A stretch of 64,000 bases of DNA, taken from positions 47,747 to 111,746 of the forward strand of contig CAZAQA010000009.1 of the NCBI GenBank assembly GCA_964487375.1, given 5' to 3'. Positions 40,798 through 48,857 of this stretch are shown here, one piece after another. Below the pieces are notes generated by a model that saw nothing but the letters and a program-made list of their open reading frames with translations, did not search any database and was not told the DNA's origin. The DNA comes from an uncultured Anaerolineae bacterium. Lineage in GTDB: Bacteria; Chloroflexota; Anaerolineae; JAADDB01. Each line of letters opens with the position of its first letter. The first letter of the stretch is position 1. The position numbers and the translations under genes are program-made.

Positions 40798-41427
40798 TTA
40801 TCCTTCCTCTAACGCCTCCAAGGCCGCGCGCAAACGATCGTAATCCCGCTTGAGGAGACTGGCAATGTGTCGGGCCACCTCCTCGAGCCACGCTGCATCT
40901 TCCCCCCGGGCCCGATAGGCCTCACGAACATGGGCCGCGAGGAGTTGTTCCGGGGGCACAGGGGTTTGTGACGCCAGCAGGAGGCGCAGATAGCGCAGAT
41001 CCTCGCTGAAGCGGATCACATCGGTGTTAGATGCGCGATATACCGCGTAGTGCAAAGGAGGCGGCTGGGGAGGAAGATGGCGACGGAGCACCCCGGACGC
41101 GCTCTCATATCCCACCAGCAAGGCGGTAAATTCCGTGCGCAAGATATCCGCCAGTTGTGGGTTCTCGTGGTACACGCGCTCATCGACGACATTGCCCCGG
41201 GTGCGCACAATGGCCTGACGCCCCGCATCCAGGCCGGCAGTGGTCCCAAACGAGACTACCGCAAACACACGGCCGCCGTCGGGCACATGGGCCCAGACCA
41301 GGCTGCCCAGGTTAGGAGGCTGAACGGGCCGGGGCATTTCCCCGTCATTCCGCTCCACCAGACGCTGGGCCGTCAAGTACAGGCTGGTCGTGACGATGAT
41401 TTCACCCACCGGCAAAGTCACTTGCAC
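40798..41427 (-). CDS. Hypothetical protein (209 aa) sandwiched between nurA-like and herA-like genes
   Basis: Co-directional, with 64-nt and 131-nt gaps. No motif recognised. C-terminal helical acidic tail. Confidence 0.5.
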   Translation of the reverse strand: MQVTLPVGEIIVTTSLYLTAQRLVERNDGEMPRPVQPPNLGSLVWAHVPDGGRVFAVVSFGTTAGLDAGRQAIVRTRGNVVDERVYHENPQLADILRTEFTALLVGYESASGVLRRHLPPQPPPLHYAVYRASNTDVIRFSEDLRYLRLLLASQTPVPPEQLLAAHVREAYRARGEDAAWLEEVARHIASLLKRDYDRLRAALEALEEG

Positions 41428-41558
41428 CTCCCTCCCTGATGCTCCAGATGAGACGACAGGCGGAACAACTCCCTCTATTGCCGCTATTCCCCTAACCGTT
41501 CAGTACGAACGGGATGACCGTTCCCATGCGCCCCTACTCCGTGCCCGCTGGATGTAGG

Positions 41559-42752
41559 TCAGATGCCGCGAACTCGCTTGCTCCAGTCCTTCATCGAACG
41601 CGTGTAAGCAACCCCCGACCGGGCCAGTGTCTGTTCGATCAGCACCTCGACCATGCGCCGATCGGCCGTGCTGATGACCGCCTGCTCGTGAGCTTCCTGG
41701 AGGGCGGGGGGATACCCGCCGCCACGACGACACTGGTCAACGATGAGCGCGTGGACGAGGTTTCGGGCATACTCATCTTGCATAACCCAGGCAGGCCCCT
41801 CAACGCGAGCAATCTCTTTCCCCGTGTGCAGGTAGAAAAATTGAATCCGCTGATCGATATCTTCTTCCAGCGAATAGCGATCCAACAGTGCCGAACTGCT
41901 GTCGAAGAGAGCGCTCCGTTCCCCAGGCTGCAAAAGTCCAGAAAAAAGCTCCCGGTCCCGCATCAGGGCCAGCCACTCACAGAACTCGACCACCTCTGGA
42001 GCGCATTCTTCGCAGGAACGCAGGTCCGTCAACTGCGGACACTGGCCACACAACCAAATGCGCAAGCTGTTGATGACATCCCGGGCGCCGGGATAGGAGA
42101 TGTAGCTGGCCAGGGGCACGCCGACGTCATGGAAAGCTCGCAAAACACGCTGCAACCGGGGGAGCAGCACACCCTGCAGAGCCGGGTCCTCACTTTGCAG
42201 GGGCCAGAAAATCAGGGATCCATCACGCAAGGCAATCGCGGGGAGCTCTGCCTCACGAGCCAACCCGGCCAATGTCTCCAGCTCTTCCAGGGCCATAATA
42301 ATGCCCAAGATCGCCCCCTGGATGGGGTACAGGAGACCATTGATCCCACGAACGTGAAGCTCCTCTTCCCGATAGCGAAGGGTCCCACGACTATCCAAAT
42401 GCGCTGACGGATGTCTACCGTAACGGAGACGTACCCGTCCCATGTTCAACACCAGGAAGCGCACCGGGCTGTGCCGATCAGGGGCCATGTGGGAGCCATC
42501 TGTGGCCAGAACGGCGTGATCACGCGGTGCGTCCGGGGCAGGATAATGAGCGCCGGGCGGTTCGTCCGTGGGACGGGCAACCAGCCAGGGCACTCGATCC
42601 CGCACCTGTTCGATCTTTGAGCGTAGAGCCTCCCCGTCGAGGGACCGCAGCAAGGCCCGAGCCTCCTGTGTCCGCCCAGATCGGACGCGCTCGGCGGTCA
42701 TCCGAACCAGCTCCCGAACCGCGTCGTTCAGGTTCTCGATGCGCAGGACCAT
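41559..42752 (-). CDS. nurA: NurA-like nuclease domain protein
   Basis: Two DGS-type motifs characteristic of NurA 5'-3' nucleases (AVLATDGSHM near residue 90 and ALRDGSLIFWP near residue 170). Adjacent herA-like ATPase as in archaeal and Deinococcus/Thermus nurA-herA pairs. Identity is inferred from motifs and context only. Confidence 0.55.
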   Translation of the reverse strand: MVLRIENLNDAVRELVRMTAERVRSGRTQEARALLRSLDGEALRSKIEQVRDRVPWLVARPTDEPPGAHYPAPDAPRDHAVLATDGSHMAPDRHSPVRFLVLNMGRVRLRYGRHPSAHLDSRGTLRYREEELHVRGINGLLYPIQGAILGIIMALEELETLAGLAREAELPAIALRDGSLIFWPLQSEDPALQGVLLPRLQRVLRAFHDVGVPLASYISYPGARDVINSLRIWLCGQCPQLTDLRSCEECAPEVVEFCEWLALMRDRELFSGLLQPGERSALFDSSSALLDRYSLEEDIDQRIQFFYLHTGKEIARVEGPAWVMQDEYARNLVHALIVDQCRRGGGYPPALQEAHEQAVISTADRRMVEVLIEQTLARSGVAYTRSMKDWSKRVRGI

Positions 42753-42956
42753 GACGGTGCTCCTCCACGGGAAGAAAGGCCACTCCCATCCTTCCCATCG
42801 AACAGATGTACACGTCCATTATATGCCGTTGCGAGCGAAAAGCAAGGCGTCGCGTCCCGACTACATCGCAGGCATCGGCAGCGGGGGCCTGCGTGGCGAA
42901 ACGGTTCACGGGGTGATTGAAGGGGAAAAGTAACGTGCCAGGCTCGTCTTGCCAAT

Positions 42957-43655
42957 TCATCCTTTGATTTCTGCTTCCCACACCCGGCGTATCTCCTTCT
43001 CGCCAACCGGGCCCGACCGCAGGATGACCGGCTCGGAACCGGTGCAATCAACGACGGTGGAGGGCTGTCCCCCAGGGGCAGGGCCGGCATCCAAAACCAG
43101 GGGGACGCGTTCGCCCATGCTGGTCACGACCTCCTGGGCGCTCAAGGCGGGGGGATGTCCACTCAGGTTGGCGCTGGTGGCAGCCAGGGGACGACGCAAA
43201 CGGCGAATGAGAGTACGTAACCAGTCATGGTTGGGAATGCGCACACCGACGGTATCTTTCCCCTCTCGTAGAATCGAAGGAAGCTCCGGGCGCGCGGGCA
43301 ACACCAGAGTCAGAGGACCGGGCCAAAACGCCCGTGCCAGCCGATGCGCCGGCGCCGGGAAGGAACGGATGACAAACCACACGTCCTCGATGTCGGCCAG
43401 GAGAACCGGAATGGGCTGCGAGCGCGGGCGCTCCTTGATGATGTAAAGTCGTTCCACGGCTTCGGGGTTCAGGGCGTCCGCTGCCAACCCGTATACCGTA
43501 TCCGTGGGCACGACGGCCACATGACCGGAACGCAAGAAAGAGAGGGCCAGTGCCATGGCATCGGGTTCTTCGATATGCTTGATGATGGTCTTGTGGCGTA
43601 CCGGATACTCCACCGTATGACCTCGCGCGCTGCCCGATGTACCGACTGCCGTCAT
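42957..43655 (-). CDS. tsaC: L-threonylcarbamoyladenylate synthase (TsaC/YrdC/Sua5 family)
   Basis: VVPTDTVYGLAAD, ERLYIIKERPRSQPIPVLL and LAATSANLSGHPP motifs. The true start is probably internal (near 43556 or an upstream GTG). Confidence 0.8.
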   Translation of the reverse strand: MTAVGTSGSARGHTVEYPVRHKTIIKHIEEPDAMALALSFLRSGHVAVVPTDTVYGLAADALNPEAVERLYIIKERPRSQPIPVLLADIEDVWFVIRSFPAPAHRLARAFWPGPLTLVLPARPELPSILREGKDTVGVRIPNHDWLRTLIRRLRRPLAATSANLSGHPPALSAQEVVTSMGERVPLVLDAGPAPGGQPSTVVDCTGSEPVILRSGPVGEKEIRRVWEAEIKG

Positions 43656-43818
43656 TCTGTCACCCGCAAGCCAGATATTCCTCCTGGCAGATCATGAATG
43701 ACACTCGAGGAAAGCCAGAGTCGCCTCCGGGAAGGTCTTCATCCTGTAGACAGGTTCCTGCCAAAGTGTAGCATGGCTGTCGGAAGGGAGCAAACACGCG
43801 CGCCCAGAAAGCAGCAGT

Positions 43819-44607
43819 TCAAGGGGGGATAGTTTTCCTCTCTCGCCACCGTTGTTTGAGAACCAACCAGGCAAATTGGGGCAGGGCCATCTGTCGCCGC
43901 CAGCGCCGAGGCTCCAGTGCCAGGCGCCACAACCACTCCAGGCCCACCTGTCTGACGACTTTCGGAGCCCGCCTTTGGACCCCGGTGATGAAGTCGAAGG
44001 CCCCGCCGACCCCGATAGCGACGTGAGTTCGCACGTGGGGCAAATTGCGCGCGATCCAACGTTCTTGTTTCGGGGCCCCATAAGCCACCAGCACGATATC
44101 GGGCTTCACGCTGTTGATGTGGGCGCGTACACACTCGTCGTATGCCGGCCCGGGATCGCCGGCCTCGGCGCCAACGACCTGCAAGCCGGGGTAACGGGAC
44201 TGGAGACGAATGGCCGCCCGAGCGGCCACTCCAGGGGCCGCGCCGAGAAAGTAAAGCCGCCACCCTTCACGCGCCGCGCGCTCGGCAATGCGAGGTACGC
44301 CATCAGAACCCGTCACACGTTCTGGGATGGCATGTCCCAGAAGCCGCGCCGCCCAGAGCACGCCAATACCATCCGGCCAGACCATGGCAGCCCCTCGTAA
44401 GATACGAAGATAGTCCGGATCCCGCCGGGCGCGCATGATGATCTCCGGGTTGGCCGTGACCACGTAGCCTTGGGCCTCGAGGGCGATCATCGTCGCCAAC
44501 CTCTCCAACGCCTGAGCAAAGGTCAGACGGTGAACGGGCACGCCCAGGATGTCCACAGGAGCCGGGTCGACAGTCAGGTTTGGGTGAGAGTGAAAGGAGG
44601 ATCTCAT
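43819..44607 (-). CDS. WecB/TagA/CpsF family glycosyltransferase (GT26)
   Basis: LGVPVHRLTFAQALE...WPDGIGVLWAARLLG...YGAPKQERWI signature of UDP-ManNAc(A)/ManNAc transferases. Confidence 0.8.
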   Translation of the reverse strand: MRSSFHSHPNLTVDPAPVDILGVPVHRLTFAQALERLATMIALEAQGYVVTANPEIIMRARRDPDYLRILRGAAMVWPDGIGVLWAARLLGHAIPERVTGSDGVPRIAERAAREGWRLYFLGAAPGVAARAAIRLQSRYPGLQVVGAEAGDPGPAYDECVRAHINSVKPDIVLVAYGAPKQERWIARNLPHVRTHVAIGVGGAFDFITGVQRRAPKVVRQVGLEWLWRLALEPRRWRRQMALPQFAWLVLKQRWRERKTIPP

Positions 44608-45764
44608 GGTGTCCCTGCTCTGGCCGCACGCTCCAACACGCGCCCCACTTGCAGTGCCGTCTTCTTCCAGGAGAATCGGGGGACATTCTCCCGGCCTCGA
44701 CAGCTAAGCAGGACGCGCAAGCCAGGATCCTGCAGGAGCCGTCGAATGGCTTGCGTCATCCCTTCGACGTCTTCCGGGTCGACCAGCAAGGCCCCGTCGC
44801 CCGCCACCTCGGGCAGGCTGGATACGCGAGATGTCAGGACAGGCACGTCGAGGGCCTGAGCTTCCAGCACAGGGAAGCCAAATCCCTCGTAAAGGGAGGG
44901 GAAGAGCAAGGCCACAGCACCGGCCAGCAGAGGACCCAGGTTCTCGTCGGGCACGTAGCCCAGCAGGTGCACCCGAGCGCTCACGTCGGCCTCGCGCACG
45001 CGTTGCAGGATGGGCCCGGAAAGCCACCCACGCTTGCCGGCCAACACCAGGTGGGCAGGGTCCCGGGTATATCCCCCCTCGTCGATGAACGGGACCTCTT
45101 GCACCCGGACAAACGCGTCAAGGAGGCGCAGGAGATTCTTGCGCGGGTGCAGGGTGCCGATGAAGAGGAAATAGGGGGCGGAGAGGCGATAGACTTTTCG
45201 GACACGCCGTATCTCCGCGGCGGTCGGCCGGGGAGGCCGCGAGAGACCGGGATAGACGACCCTAATCTTGGCCATGGGGATGTGGTAGAGAGTGGTCAGA
45301 TCGTGAGCTGTCGCCCGGGAATCGACAATGACCTGCTGAGCGCGTCGGGCACTGTGGCGGGTACTCCACCGTAAGTACCAACGTTGCCCACGAGGGTGCG
45401 CGTCGGGGAAGTGTTCATACCCCAGATCGTGGACGGTCACAACAATGGGCACGAGAGGTGGGGGGAAGATCGGCACCACGTGGGCAGGGATAAACAACAC
45501 ATCGGGGGGATGTCGCCAAAGTTCGCGGGCCAGAGCCAGGTGCGTCCACAGTCGGGGAGAAAGCAGACGGCGCACACGCACATGAGCGGGCCAGTCCGTC
45601 AGGCCAAACTCGGAAGGGGCCAGGGGAAGACGTGTGTAGAGGCGCACCTGGTGCCCTGTGGTTCGGTAGAGGGAGATCAGGTGACCGATGAGCTCACGGC
45701 TGTAGGTTTCCGTGCCCGTACGTGCCCCTGACCGGACACGGCTGGCATCTATCCCTATGATCAT
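44604..45764 (-). CDS. Glycosyltransferase family 4 (GT-B, RfaB-like)
   Basis: IGIDASR N-terminus. C-terminal EGFGFPVLEAQALDVPVLTS motif (E-x7-E). Start ATG 45764 (alternative 45821). Overlaps the TagA-like start by 4 nt. Confidence 0.8.
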   Translation of the reverse strand: MIIGIDASRVRSGARTGTETYSRELIGHLISLYRTTGHQVRLYTRLPLAPSEFGLTDWPAHVRVRRLLSPRLWTHLALARELWRHPPDVLFIPAHVVPIFPPPLVPIVVTVHDLGYEHFPDAHPRGQRWYLRWSTRHSARRAQQVIVDSRATAHDLTTLYHIPMAKIRVVYPGLSRPPRPTAAEIRRVRKVYRLSAPYFLFIGTLHPRKNLLRLLDAFVRVQEVPFIDEGGYTRDPAHLVLAGKRGWLSGPILQRVREADVSARVHLLGYVPDENLGPLLAGAVALLFPSLYEGFGFPVLEAQALDVPVLTSRVSSLPEVAGDGALLVDPEDVEGMTQAIRRLLQDPGLRVLLSCRGRENVPRFSWKKTALQVGRVLERAARAGTP

Positions 45765-46089
45765 GTTCGAAGCGTACTCAGAAATCCGTTCGAGGGCAAA
45801 TGGACGCCCGATTTGCCTCATTCCGGTCGGGGGTGGCCGGACGAGGGTTCCCGGGGCCAGGCAGAACCAGCGCCTGAAAGCCGGTCATCCCCCAACAACC
45901 GGCTATTCAGGCGCTGGACCCAACCCCATTATAGAGGCAACTCGCAAAAACGCGCAAAATTGACTCCCTCGCGCTGAGACTTCCGGGTATCTGCTGTCAA
46001 AGCACTCCGTGGCGCTCGTCCCCTGCCCATCCTCCTTGGAGCCGATCTCGGTGGAGCTGATCTCGGGCATATCCGTCGTGGACGGCGTA

Positions 46090-46147
46090 TGATACAATGA
46101 AGATGTGGTAAAAACAAGGATGGGAATGGGATCATTCCCATTTTGTG
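46090..46147 (+). promoter_or_regulatory. gdh leader: extended -10 (TGaTACAAT) followed by an 8-bp hairpin TGGGAATG-ggat-CATTCCCA plus TTTGTG, then RBS GGGAGG
   Basis: Seen directly: TG-n-TACAAT at about 46090-46098; stem-loop at 46121-46140 followed by a short U-run. It sits 25-30 nt upstream of the gdh ATG and is the only + strand element in a 350-bp intergenic region. Confidence 0.35.
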
Positions 46148-46174
46148 CGTCTCAGGTTCATTGGGAGGTGCACC

Positions 46175-47434
46175 ATGAGCAGCAACGGCGCTGAGTTGAA
46201 TCCCTACCAAATTGCTTTGCAGCAGTTCGAGCGAGCAGCCAGATACGTCCCCATGAAGAAGGGCATCTATGAGATGCTACGCCGCCCCAAACGGGAGCTC
46301 ACCGTCAGCTTCCCCGTGCGCATGGACGACGGTTCGGTCGAGATTTTCACCGGCTATCGGGTGCAACACCACGATGTGCGGGGACCATTCAAGGGGGGCA
46401 TCCGTTATCATCCCAACGTCACCCTGGACGAGGTCCGAGCCCTGGCCATGTGGATGACCTGGAAGACCGCCGTCGTGAACATTCCCTACGGCGGTGCCAA
46501 GGGCGGGATTGTGTGCAATCCTAAGGAAATGTCGGAGAAAGAACTGGAACGGTTGACCCGCCGCTACGCCAGCGAGATTTCCCTCATCATCGGTCCCGAC
46601 GCCGATATTCCGGCCCCAGATGTCAACACCAATCCCCAGGTCATGGCCTGGATCATGGACACCTACTCCATGCTCAAGGGCCACTCGGTCCCAGCGGTGG
46701 TCACCGGCAAGCCCATTGATGTGGGCGGCTCCCTGGGGCGCGGCGAGGCCACCGGCCGGGGGGTTGTCTACACAGTGGCGGAAGCCATGAAGCACCTGGA
46801 TATCCCTGTAGAGGGAGCGACCGTCGTCGTTCAGGGCTATGGCAATGCAGGTTCGGTGGCAGCGCGGCTGATGCAGGACTTGGGTGCAAAGGTCATCGCC
46901 GTTAGCGACAGCAAGGGAGGTGTCTACAATCCTAACGGCCTGGACACGCGAGATGTGCTCCGTCACAAGCGAGAGACCGGATCGGTCATCAACTATCCCG
47001 GCGCGGACACCATCTCCAACGCGGAATTGCTCACGCTGGAATGCACTGTGCTGATCCCCGCGGCGCTGGAAAATCAGATTACGGGGGAAAACGCGGCCGA
47101 GGTGAAGGCCCGCATCGTGGCGGAAGCCGCCAACGGTCCCACGACTCCGGACGCGGACGACATTCTTCACAAGAAAGGTGTCTTCGTCATTCCTGATGTT
47201 CTCTGCAACGCGGGCGGTGTTACCGTCTCCTATTTCGAATGGGTTCAGGATCTGCAGTCCTTCTTCTGGGACGAAGACGAGGTCAACCAGAAGTTGCAGC
47301 GAATAATGACGCGAGCATTTCACAATGTACTGGACATTGCCCACGAGAAAAACGTGGACATGCGCACCGCCGCTTACATCCTCGCCATCTCTCGCGTGGC
47401 ACGGGCCGTGGAAGTGCGCGGGCTATTCCCGTAA
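46175..47434 (+). CDS. gdhA: Glutamate dehydrogenase (Glu/Leu/Phe/Val dehydrogenase family)
   Basis: FKGGIRYHP, catalytic-lysine box GGAKGG, and NAD(P) Rossmann motif VVVQGYGNAGS. About 419 aa from ATG 46175. Confidence 0.9.
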   Translation: MSSNGAELNPYQIALQQFERAARYVPMKKGIYEMLRRPKRELTVSFPVRMDDGSVEIFTGYRVQHHDVRGPFKGGIRYHPNVTLDEVRALAMWMTWKTAVVNIPYGGAKGGIVCNPKEMSEKELERLTRRYASEISLIIGPDADIPAPDVNTNPQVMAWIMDTYSMLKGHSVPAVVTGKPIDVGGSLGRGEATGRGVVYTVAEAMKHLDIPVEGATVVVQGYGNAGSVAARLMQDLGAKVIAVSDSKGGVYNPNGLDTRDVLRHKRETGSVINYPGADTISNAELLTLECTVLIPAALENQITGENAAEVKARIVAEAANGPTTPDADDILHKKGVFVIPDVLCNAGGVTVSYFEWVQDLQSFFWDEDEVNQKLQRIMTRAFHNVLDIAHEKNVDMRTAAYILAISRVARAVEVRGLFP

Positions 47435-47460
47435 ATCCTTGTAGACCCCCAGGAGGCGCC

Positions 47461-47898
47461 ATGTACAAGAGAATTCTCTGCACGTTGGACGGTTCGGAGT
47501 TGGCCGAGCAGGCACTCCCTCACGCTCTGACTATGGCCAAGGCCTTCGACGCTGAGCTTACCCTGCTCCGAGTGGTGGAGCCGCCCCCGTTGCCTTTGCT
47601 ACCCGAGTTTGCCGCCGCGGAGATCGATCTGGTTCCTCAACTGGAAGAGGATGCGAAAACATATATTCGAGATAAAGTGTCCGCTCTCAAGCAACAAGGG
47701 TATCGGGTGATCGGAGTGACTGAGGAAGGCCGCGCCGCCGACAGCATCGCCGATTTTGCCCACGAGCATGACATCGACCTGATCGTCATGGCCACCCACG
47801 GTCGGAGTGGCCTCTCCCGATGGGCCTTCGGGTCCGTGGCGGATCGGGTGCTGCGGCTGGCGTGTTGCCCCATCTTGCTCGTCCGAGTGCGGGGATAA
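47461..47898 (+). CDS. uspA: Universal stress protein (UspA family)
   Basis: MYKRILCTLDGSELAEQAL...DLIVMATHGRSGLSRWAFGSVADRVLR (ATP-binding G-x2-G-x9-G-S motif). AGGAGG RBS. The upstream part of the track ORF overlaps gdh and was discarded. Confidence 0.8.
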   Translation: MYKRILCTLDGSELAEQALPHALTMAKAFDAELTLLRVVEPPPLPLLPEFAAAEIDLVPQLEEDAKTYIRDKVSALKQQGYRVIGVTEEGRAADSIADFAHEHDIDLIVMATHGRSGLSRWAFGSVADRVLRLACCPILLVRVRG

Positions 47899-47998
47899 GC
47901 GCATATTTTCCCGGCGAGGGCGTAGCCAGCGGCCCATCACCCGCCTCCTTGCGCGCGGGGGGAGGGTGCGCCTGGGGCCTTCTTCCCCGGATCCGGGG

Positions 47999-48355
47999 TC
48001 AGGGGAGAAGGTGTGGGAGAAATATCAGCAGGCCGACGATGGCAGCGGCCAGTGCCGCAATGAGAACGGCGCCGGCCGCTGCGTCTTTCGTGCGCATGAT
48101 GTGATGGTCGAACTCGGGTTCCACCCGGTCGGCCAGATGTTCCAGGGCGGAATTGAGCAGTTCCAGGGAGAGGACGAGGCCGCTCACGATGGTAATGATC
48201 GCCCATTCCTGCAGAGAGAGACGCAGCCATAGCCCGACAATGATGACCAGCGTGAGAATGCTCAAGTGAATGCGGGCATTCCGCTGGCTGCGCACTGTAT
48301 GCACAATGCCCCGGAACGCGTACATCAGGCTATGCCAGAAGGTGGGTGCGTGCAT
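47999..48355 (-). CDS. dgkA: Diacylglycerol kinase (prokaryotic DgkA family)
   Basis: 118 aa, three TM helices, conserved ELLNSALEHLADRV. ATG 48355 overlaps the ybeY stop. The N-terminal part of the track ORF is an out-of-frame overlap with ybeY. Confidence 0.7.
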   Translation of the reverse strand: MHAPTFWHSLMYAFRGIVHTVRSQRNARIHLSILTLVIIVGLWLRLSLQEWAIITIVSGLVLSLELLNSALEHLADRVEPEFDHHIMRTKDAAAGAVLIAALAAAIVGLLIFLPHLLP

Positions 48356-48356
48356 T

Positions 48357-48857
48357 TCACTCTCTCCGCGGGTGTGGCTTGCCTTCCGGTCCCAGGTAAG
48401 CCACACCCAATATCTGTTCCTGCTTCCGCCACATGATGGCTTCTTCCTCCGGGGTCGAATGGTCATATCCCAACAGGTGCAAGACCCCGTGAACCACGAG
48501 CAAGCGCAGCTCCTCTTGCAGAGGGCGGCCATACGTGCGCGCCTGACGTTCGGCCACAGGCAAGGCAACGATCACATCACCCAGATAGGGGAGAGGGAAG
48601 GCCTCTGACGGCAATTCCGGGGCTTCCTCTCGCAGGGGGAACGAAAGGACGTCGGTCGGGGCATCCACCCCTCGATAGGTACGGTTCAATCTCCGGACCG
48701 ACTCCGCGTCGGTCACGACGACAGTGAGTTCTGCTGCAGCCACCCCTTCCTGGGTCAGGGCGCGCAGGACCACCTCTCTCAGGTCGTGGACATCCACTTG
48801 TGATCGATACGTCCTATCGACCTGAATGTGGACGTCGAACGCGTGATCGTCTGTCAT
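48357..48857 (-). CDS. ybeY: rRNA maturation endoribonuclease YbeY
   Basis: Zinc motif HGVLHLLGYDH. ATG 48857 overlaps the amidase stop (ATGA). Confidence 0.85.
   Translation of the reverse strand: MTDDHAFDVHIQVDRTYRSQVDVHDLREVVLRALTQEGVAAAELTVVVTDAESVRRLNRTYRGVDAPTDVLSFPLREEAPELPSEAFPLPYLGDVIVALPVAERQARTYGRPLQEELRLLVVHGVLHLLGYDHSTPEEEAIMWRKQEQILGVAYLGPEGKPHPRRE

Noticed and set aside
48356-48568. N-terminal 71 codons of the track ORF 47999-48568 fused to dgkA
   Set aside because: This part overlaps ybeY out of frame and is Cys/Arg-rich nonsense. DgkA homologs are about 120 aa, consistent with the internal ATG at 48355.
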